IMG/VR virus record: IMGVR_UViG_3300042554_002914
DNA from: a virus
Lineage: Duplodnaviria; Heunggongvirae; Uroviricota; Caudoviricetes
Reading direction: 5' to 3' (one strand)
Length of the DNA stretch: 64,000 nucleotides
Shown here: positions 1 to 7,700 of the stretch, piece by piece
How the letters are laid out: each line of letters begins with the position of its first letter
Position numbering within the stretch: the first letter of the stretch is position 1
The notes under the pieces: model-generated
Told to the model about the DNA's origin: nothing
Seen by the model: only the letters and a program-made list of their open reading frames with translations
Databases searched by the model: none
Position numbers and translations under genes: made by a program

Positions 1-626
1 TGCCAGTATAGGTATGGAGCCCCGGAATAATTTGGGAATAGCCCATCGTAATTTCTCCACTCTAAGGTCGTATCATCGCAAAAAGCATATTTAGGTACGA
101 ACCTCCACCCTACCTCAGAATCTGTGCCACTGACGACATTCATTTCGTGACCTGATAAGGAGTAATTCTCTACAGAATACAAAGCATAGAAGGGGGAATC
201 GTCATAGGTCAATCTATAAGCTATCAAATATTGGGAATCAGCCATCCCCACCAATTCTAAATTTATAATGACTGGACCTATGGAAAGATTACCGTGTTCC
301 CAAACTACGGTTCCAGGCTTGATGACTAAAAATTTATCGTCCCCTGATGGAACAACTTCTAGGGAATTAGGGCCAAACGGACTTTCCCCAGGCGGTAGAT
401 ACACATAGGCAGACTTTCTATCTAGTCCAAAGTCAATATAGTATCGTTCCGATGCAGCAGGTAACCTACCATAAATAGGTCTACCATCTGGTACCCATTC
501 AGTGGGTGTCTCAAACAGGTTATTAGCCTCTTGAAACTGAACGGATAATATAGTACCAAATGTAGGATTAGAAGATGTTTGAATTTCTCCCCTGCCCCCA
601 TTTAAAGGCGTGATAATCTGGCTCAT
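1..626 (-). CDS. Putative baseplate/tail structural protein, truncated by window edge
   Basis: ATG at 626 overlaps the stop of the baseplate J-like gene (ATGA); frame MSQIITPLNGGRGEIQ... stays open to the window edge; not in ORF track. Confidence 0.6.
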   Translation of the reverse strand, partial: MSQIITPLNGGRGEIQTSSNPTFGTILSVQFQEANNLFETPTEWVPDGRPIYGRLPAASERYYIDFGLDRKSAYVYLPPGESPFGPNSLEVVPSGDDKFLVIKPGTVVWEHGNLSIGPVIINLELVGMADSQYLIAYRLTYDDSPFYALYSVENYSLSGHEMNVVSGTDSEVGWRFVPKYAFCDDTTLEWRNYDGLFPNYSGAPYLYW

Positions 627-3600
627 AGACTTAAGGTTCCTTCTTTATAGTCAGGCGGTTGATAGGGGAAAGTAGTCCCAGTATACCAAGAAAGTTGGGG
701 AACATCTGTATTGGAACTAGGGTTCTCCCATACATAAGTGATTTCCTGGTTGGAGTTGGTAAATCTTCCTGTATTACGAGGCACTAATGTTATTTGAGCT
801 ACGCCTAATTTAATCGAGGAGGTCTCCAGTCCAAATTGAGAGATAATTTCCTCTTCACACCGGTAAAAAGAGACGTACCTCAGTAGGTTATCGGCAAATT
901 CTTCAAATCTGGCCGTATTGGTGACTGTCATGTTTGTCCAGTTGGTCACCGTTGTTTGGGGGGTGAATGCTCTCATTACCCTATAGATATTCCTGCCATC
1001 TTCTGCTACAAGGGTGTCCTCTGCGTATTTGACATACTCCGGATTAAAATATGGGACGTATGCCCGGGGGTCAAATTCGTTTGTTCCAGCTTCTGAGGAG
1101 TCTATGAAAATACCATTTTTGTAGTAAATTGAAAAGTCAAATAAGGGGCTTACGCTAGATGTGGCTGTATAGGATTTTACCGAATTACCATTTCTAAAGT
1201 AGGTTCTGTCCCCCCTATAGAAAGTAAACATCCTGATAAATGTATTTATTTCCGTCAGCCGGGGGTAAAGAGAGGTTATTTGGATTTGGAAGCCACTGCC
1301 GGTGCCGCCCAAGTAACTATTATCTATAGTCAGGACATCGCCAATTGAGTACCCCCTTCCAAAATCTGATAACTCGTAGGAAATAATTGTATTCCCTGAG
1401 ACTACCAAGTTAATAGACCCGTTGACCCCGACCCCATTGATTGGGTTGCCATACACCAAAGGTAAGTTAGTATAGGCACCGTTTCGGTAACCTGATCCCC
1501 CGTTCACCAAGTTGGTCGTCTTTATTCTGCCAGATACGCTATTATCTACTAGATCGTCTAATTGTGACCTTAGCTCGAATGAGGGTGCAAGGTTGATCAC
1601 TGAGCCATCATTGATTAAGTCCTGAATAGATGTGCTGCTTGGTGTGAAGTACTTGGCGGCAATGCAATAAGTGGGGATTCCACCTGAAACTTCCCTGTAT
1701 TCTAAATACTGCCCACATTTGAATCTAGGTTTGTATTTGTAAATGGGTAGCCCGCCATTACCGTCTAGTACGGACACTTCTCTTATAATGCCTTGCTTGA
1801 TTAATTCGCTAAAGTAATCTACGGTTAGTGCCCCATTGGGTTCGTAAGTAAAAGGTGCAATTACATAGGCGTACTTATTGACAGCCCCTTTCGTTACGTC
1901 AACATAGTCATAATGGGGGTCAGAAACAGCATCCGGACCGCTCCCAACCTGTGGTGTGTAAACCCAAGTTCCTGCTAAGTAGGACTGACCTTCAACTAGT
2001 TGATTGTAATTATTTGGCAAGCTAGAATTTAAAGCTGGTCCTATTTTATTTTCAGTCTGGCCCCCGGTAATGTCATTCGTAGAAGGGAATAAGATAAAAT
2101 TCTGAGCTACCAGCCAAGCCAATCTTCCGACAGTAGTGGTAGGTAGGAACTCACCGTCTGAGTAGTCATATTCGACGATTTCTGGGTCTATTGTTGTCCC
2201 CAGTGAATATTGGTAAGTGTTATTTACGACCCATGCAGAATAAGTCTTTGCCGAAGAAATTTTTCCAGCTACAAAGGCACTGGGGATATCTGCTGAAGAT
2301 CCAATTACTATGTTTTCAAGGACTACGAATAACTGATTGCCTAAAGACACGATGTCCCCTAAACTATACCTGCCAGCAGTAAGTAACTTTATTTGCTTTA
2401 AAGCTAGATTACCGTACACAGTTTGGTCGAATTTGTTCGTTGAATAGGGGCTATATGCTACTTCTACTGGGTAGTATGATGGGTTAGGGTTATTAACTAC
2501 AATGAGGTCATCACTATTTAAAATAGTATTTACGGGTTCAAAATCATATACATTAGTATAAATAGCAGCGTCTTTACTCAGAAGGACGGGGGTATTGTAA
2601 GCTGCAGAGTAGTTAATTTGAGGGTCTTTGAACCTGCTGATAGAATCAAAAGTATTGTAAAAAGCTGCATCAACATCACTTACGGTCGGGTTCGTATCAG
2701 TTGGGAAAACATTTCCAGGGGTCAATACTGTGGAGAGCCTATCCCTAAAATTCAAAGTTACAGGCTGATAATTAGAGCCATAAATGCCATTAGCATCAAC
2801 TTCAAGAGTGATGTTATATTGAGTTTGACTCAGAGTGATAGGGTACAGGTGGGCTTGATTTTCAATGGGGATCGAGAAATTAATTACATTTTGACCCCTT
2901 CTTATTTGGTCATCTGTTAATTCTATACCATTGGGTCCAAGCACAAAGAAAGAAACTTGTCCATTGGGCTTCGTAAAGTCAGACAAATAATTATAACCAA
3001 ATCTGCTACTTCTATTGGGTTGAACAGAAGTCAGAGTCCCTAAACCAAACATATCTATGAAGAAATTCTCCCAGTCTGCTTGGCTAACGGGATTCCTGCG
3101 TCGGATTAGGGAGAAAAACCTTTCTTGGACTTGAGCATATGTTTCTACATCACTGCCCCCTACCGCAGGTTCTGGGTTGGTTACTACGGTGCTAGCTTCC
3201 CCGAGATCTGGGGGGCCGGTAATTGAATTAGCCGGGACATTATAGATGTTACCTACAAATTTGGAATAAACAGGGATTTCAACTTCGGTCTTACCGGCGG
3301 GTATTGTGACACTATATGAGCTTACATATTCAAATCCTTGGCCGCCCGATAATTGGGGGTTGGATGTAAATACAGACCCGGATGGTACAGATAAGTCTGA
3401 ATTTCTTGGTGCTATTGACAACCTAACCAAAGCTGTAGCAGGAGTACCCAGTCTCCTTAGGGCGCCTAAAAATGGGCCTATCCATTCGATGAGGATCTTA
3501 TTTGGTAGTTGATTCGCCCAAAATAAAAATTCACCTTGAGAAAAAGCCTGCCCCTCTAAAAGAACCGCAAGGGGATTCCCTGCACTGAAGTCATTGAGGG

Positions 3601-3703
3601 TTTTGTTAGACGCCTCGTATACTTTTTGCGCTGCATCTTGAACTAATTGTGCCTCGTTCCTTGGGTCTATTGAAACCGAGGGGAGGGGAGCATATCTTGG
3701 CAT
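623..3703 (-). CDS. Baseplate wedge protein, baseplate J-like N-terminus with long C-terminal extension
   Basis: N-terminal IDPRNEAQLV...NDFSAGNPLAVLLE and TNPEPAVGGSDVET...F motifs typical of Baseplate_J; in tail module. Confidence 0.8.
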   Translation of the reverse strand: MPRYAPLPSVSIDPRNEAQLVQDAAQKVYEASNKTLNDFSAGNPLAVLLEGQAFSQGEFLFWANQLPNKILIEWIGPFLGALRRLGTPATALVRLSIAPRNSDLSVPSGSVFTSNPQLSGGQGFEYVSSYSVTIPAGKTEVEIPVYSKFVGNIYNVPANSITGPPDLGEASTVVTNPEPAVGGSDVETYAQVQERFFSLIRRRNPVSQADWENFFIDMFGLGTLTSVQPNRSSRFGYNYLSDFTKPNGQVSFFVLGPNGIELTDDQIRRGQNVINFSIPIENQAHLYPITLSQTQYNITLEVDANGIYGSNYQPVTLNFRDRLSTVLTPGNVFPTDTNPTVSDVDAAFYNTFDSISRFKDPQINYSAAYNTPVLLSKDAAIYTNVYDFEPVNTILNSDDLIVVNNPNPSYYPVEVAYSPYSTNKFDQTVYGNLALKQIKLLTAGRYSLGDIVSLGNQLFVVLENIVIGSSADIPSAFVAGKISSAKTYSAWVVNNTYQYSLGTTIDPEIVEYDYSDGEFLPTTTVGRLAWLVAQNFILFPSTNDITGGQTENKIGPALNSSLPNNYNQLVEGQSYLAGTWVYTPQVGSGPDAVSDPHYDYVDVTKGAVNKYAYVIAPFTYEPNGALTVDYFSELIKQGIIREVSVLDGNGGLPIYKYKPRFKCGQYLEYREVSGGIPTYCIAAKYFTPSSTSIQDLINDGSVINLAPSFELRSQLDDLVDNSVSGRIKTTNLVNGGSGYRNGAYTNLPLVYGNPINGVGVNGSINLVVSGNTIISYELSDFGRGYSIGDVLTIDNSYLGGTGSGFQIQITSLYPRLTEINTFIRMFTFYRGDRTYFRNGNSVKSYTATSSVSPLFDFSIYYKNGIFIDSSEAGTNEFDPRAYVPYFNPEYVKYAEDTLVAEDGRNIYRVMRAFTPQTTVTNWTNMTVTNTARFEEFADNLLRYVSFYRCEEEIISQFGLETSSIKLGVAQITLVPRNTGRFTNSNQEITYVWENPSSNTDVPQLSWYTGTTFPYQPPDYKEGTLSL

Positions 3704-3715
3704 TTAATCCTCTAA

Positions 3716-4207
3716 TCAGTATTCGCCGTTGTCAATGACTAAATTGTTTAGCAAATCGGCTAAGATTTTCTTGGTGATTAAGTCAGCATCATCCAATGAC
3801 CCGAACTTTTGAGCTACTGACGGGGTAGGTGTCCCATTGGCGTAATTATATTTATTGTTTGTCGTATAACTTCTAGGAGCATTTTCTTTGATGTTTTCAG
3901 GGTTGACATTATTATTATTTTCATCTAACAAAGTAGGGAAACCAAACCACCATTTACCCAAGGTAACTTTATTGCCGGTGATAGGGGCTCCAGAAATGAA
4001 TTCATTTAAGCTAGATAGCGTAGGCTGGTTGGTACCTAAAGTCATGTACCGACTATCCAATCCATTCGGACCAGCCGTAACCAGGGAGTTCAATCCGAGG
4101 GGGTCATAGTGCCAATCTAAATCTTGGCCATCGAAAAATATTTGTTTTGCTCCGTTCAACCATGCACTGGTTACAATGACAGCGGAACTGTAAGTTGTCT
4201 TTGCCAT
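3716..4207 (-). CDS. Hypothetical virion/tail protein
   Basis: 163-aa ORF inside the structural module, preceded by the GGGTAAAAC motif. Confidence 0.6.
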   Translation of the reverse strand: MAKTTYSSAVIVTSAWLNGAKQIFFDGQDLDWHYDPLGLNSLVTAGPNGLDSRYMTLGTNQPTLSSLNEFISGAPITGNKVTLGKWWFGFPTLLDENNNNVNPENIKENAPRSYTTNNKYNYANGTPTPSVAQKFGSLDDADLITKKILADLLNNLVIDNGEY

Positions 4208-4233
4208 TATCCGTTGGTAATCCTGTTATGTAT

Positions 4234-4242
4234 GTTTTACCC
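4234..4242 (-). promoter_or_regulatory. Candidate late-promoter motif GGGTAAAAC
   Basis: Recurs upstream of genes at 9616, 10248, 15411, 20104, 22158, 26008, 27505. Confidence 0.45.
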
Positions 4243-4249
4243 TGCCTAC

Positions 4250-4271
4250 AAAAAAGCCCCCTTTCGGGGGC
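4250..4271 (-). terminator. Rho-independent terminator after tail tube gene
   Basis: GCCCCC-GAAA-GGGGGC followed by T6 on the minus strand. Confidence 0.85.
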
Positions 4272-4289
4272 AATTATTGAACCACAAAA

Positions 4290-4733
4290 TCAAGTTCTGT
4301 CCCAAATATTGACGGTCAGTTCCACTTCAATTTCCTGGACGTTTCCGCTGTCGCGATCAACGTTGGCAGTAGTGATTGATAGGAATTTACAACCGTAGCA
4401 GGTGTACGCGCCACCGGCTGGAGCAGATCCTGTACCAGTACAGTCCCTGGGGGTTACTGTAACGGTAACATCTTGACAATTGTAGTTTAACCAGAAGTTC
4501 TCTAATTGCTTGAAGATCGTAGGATCATACGGAGCAGTAAGAGTAACATTATCTGCAGTTCGTGGGCCAACGACATGGTACTTTCGGTTTCCAGTGCCAT
4601 TGGCGTATTCGCTCTTTTCGGAAGAATCTTTGATACCACTGAATTTTGTGAAGACAGCGATTAAAGACACCCCGTTGGGAGCTACGAACGATACCTCGTA
4701 TTGCGACTTTGTTAAAGGTCTGAGAATTGCCAT
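4290..4733 (-). CDS. Tail tube protein (T4 gp19/Afp1-like)
   Basis: 147 aa; FTKFSGI...EYANG...GPRTADNVTL and C-terminal NVDRDSGNVQEIEVEL pattern of contractile tubes. Confidence 0.8.
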   Translation of the reverse strand: MAILRPLTKSQYEVSFVAPNGVSLIAVFTKFSGIKDSSEKSEYANGTGNRKYHVVGPRTADNVTLTAPYDPTIFKQLENFWLNYNCQDVTVTVTPRDCTGTGSAPAGGAYTCYGCKFLSITTANVDRDSGNVQEIEVELTVNIWDRT

Positions 4734-4761
4734 GGGATCACCTCTTTATTTCCTATCCTTA

Positions 4762-7700
4762 TCAGGACAAGATGTTGGTGATCATAGCGCCAGAACCGAT
4801 AAGACCAGATGCACCGAGGCCAACCAAGTTAACCACACGTTCGATGGTGATTTCAGCACGCACGACACGGCGTTCGCGAATGTAGTACTCCAATTTGTTA
4901 TCGTAAAGGCTCTTTATCCTCTACATCTTTGTATTTCTACAAAGTTCAGACTATATCTTTGCCTTACATCCTTATGTAAGACATTAGGCGCTCGTGGAGT
5001 TTTCATCTGTTCTAGATTACTAACTCTAGTCGTTGAACGTTCGTTTTCTCCCGAAAACGCTTCGCTGCTGATTGCCATGGTTTGAAGTTCAAACGTTAGG
5101 GTCCCAGCAATTCACCTAATTTCTTTTTATGTCAGACCCCAGTAGTTAAGGACGGACAGCGGGTGTTCCTGTGAGTTGATCATTTTTGTTAGCGTAAAGG
5201 TTATTTATCCTTCACTTCTTTACATTTCTGCAAAGATCAGACTATATCTTCTTCCTGAAATTTCTTATCAATCCGGTAACATGACTATCAGGTAGATTTA
5301 AGTGTCGTGCGAACTTGCGAATTGCTGGTTTACCCAGCTCTACCCAAAGTTCAAACAATTCATCAAACCTAGACCATAACTCTTTTCTCGATCTGGGGTT
5401 ATTTATTCCCCTTACCTTTAGAGACAAGGTTTTCGAGATTTTCAGTTTATGCTCTTCAGTCATTTTTCTACCAGTCCAGGGATGATTTGACTTATCCTTG
5501 AAATGATTTTTATGCCAGTCACTGTTTTTTCTTTTAGCTTCTTCTGAGCTTCCTAATTTGGGGGAAATTAAACTAATCTCCCTTGAACCTAGCCCCCATT
5601 GTTTTGAACTTTTCCAAATTGCCCACCATAATTTTTTATTATGGGGTTGGGATAAACTTAAAAGTAAATGGGCTATGTAGTGTTCTCTCCGGGTCAGCAT
5701 TACTAGGTTTGATACTTCATCATTCCCTCCACAACAAATAGGAATAATGTGATGTTTTTCAAGCCCATTTTTGCTTCCCCTTCGTTTGGGGATTGGCCGA
5801 AGTAAAAGTAAACGTGATGTGATAAGATTCCAATACCACTTTTCCCATTTATTAAGAAAGTGACATTCTATCAGGAGTGGGGCACTCGTGGATGGGTTAT
5901 TATTTTCGGTATTCACCATCTAGTCGTTGAACCTTTTGACTACAACTCTATTATAGCATAGAGTCCGAAATAGTCAACTTGGCTGCTGATTACCATAGCT
6001 TTCAAACTTTCGTTTGAAGCCGTAGGCTTCCCAGCAATTCACCCCATTGATCTGCGGATCAGGCAGATAATTTGACGTTACCGTCAAACCACGCATTCAA
6101 CTCGTTTAAAAGAAACGATGTTATTAACATACGTGTAACTGAAGGCCGGAGTCGCAGCATTAGCACCACCCGCAGGCATGATCGAATCAGAAGGGCCGTT
6201 GGGGCTGTAGAACAGGAGGATGCCATTGGCGGGGAAGACAGGCTGCAAGGAGCCGTCGTTGGCCAAATAACGCCCTTCAGCTACGCGCAGGCCACGCTCA
6301 AGACCGAAGTAGCGAGCGATGACATCTGTGTCGATGCTATTGGCGGAGGTGTACTTGATACGATCAAGGATCGCTTCGTTGGTCAGCAAGAGGTCGAAAA
6401 CCGAAGTTCCAAGAACAGCGGAGTTCGGACGAATGCCGATCTGGTTGGCAACAGCACGCTTCAGGGTCAGGATGTCCTCAATGGGATTAGAGGTTGCACC
6501 AGACCATGCGGCAGGGCCAGTGGCTGTGCCATAAGCGGTGTTGAAGGCGGTCCAGGTTGTAAAACCAAGACCAGTTTGTGAGCCAGGAGTCCCATTGTAG
6601 GGCTCGTATGGATTGTAGCTGCCAGTCACTGAAACAGCTTGAGCAACGGTGTACTCGTAGCTGTTCATTCATTATGTTATCGCGAGGGCTCTTTATCCCT
6701 TGCTTCTGCATGTTTCTATGCAGTTCAGACTATATCATCGTTTTGTAAACAAAACGTCAGGCGCTCGTGTCAGCTTCATTACTGTTCTAGTAGTATGCTG
6801 TTAGTCGTTGAACGTTCCGTCAATCCCTTGACGGCTTCGCTGCTGATTACCATAGCATCAAACTTTCGTTTGAAACCGTAGGTTTCCCAGCAATTCACCC
6901 AATTTTCTAAATGAGATTAATCTCATAGGGCCAATGTGTTTAGCCTAGACATCGCGTTGCGAGTCTCGATGGCGCGTAGCATTTGTTAACTCAGCGGCTC
7001 TTTATCCACTGATTCATTACCTTGTCGTTGGTAATGTTCAGACTATATTATTGCCCCACTATGTACACGATTACTGTACTTTGTAAGACATTGGGCGCTC
7101 GTGTCAGCTTCATTACTGTTCTAGTAGTATGCTGTTAGTCGTTGAACGTTCCGTCAATCCCTTGACGGCTTCGCTGCTGATTGCCCACGCGGGGGTTCCA
7201 GCAATTCACCCAATTTATAGTGGACCTACGCTGCGATCGAAATCGTTCGTAAAAAATAATCCACTTGTGCAGGACCTTCTCCTGCGTTTTCGATTCAATA
7301 ATGTTATCGCAAAGATTTTATTCTATGCTTCTTTACATTTCTGTAAAGTTCAGACTATATCTTCACCCCTGTTTTTCTTTCTTAGCTTAGCCATATGCTC
7401 ACGGGCAATCTGCCTATGGGTTTCAGACTTTTCTTTATCCGCCCAGTACTTTTTGGCGGACTCACTTCTCTTTTCCTTTTCCTCTTCAGTTTGAACCCTT
7501 CCTCTATTAGCTTCGTGAGCTTTTTTAAGTGTTTTTTCGGGCAGGGATTTACCCATCTTGGTTTTACTAAGTCTTTCTCGCATTTGCTTGGACTTAGGTC
7601 TTCCTTTCTCGGCTGCCCCCGGGGCAATACCGAATGAGGTCTTTTGTAGGGAAGTAGCTAAAATAGATGTACGTGGTCGGTAGGTAATGGCGCCTTCTCC

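Larger units (their letters stand above)
5181..6130 (-). mobile_element. Group I intron 8 of MCP gene (950 nt) with HNH endonuclease
   Basis: P/Q/R/S present; IGS GCGUG pairs with exon CACGU; GAGUUGA pairs with 3' exon UCAACUC (P10); terminal G. Confidence 0.92.

Noticed and set aside
6084-6668. 194-aa ORF as a complete gene
   Set aside because: It is MCP exon 8 running into intron 8
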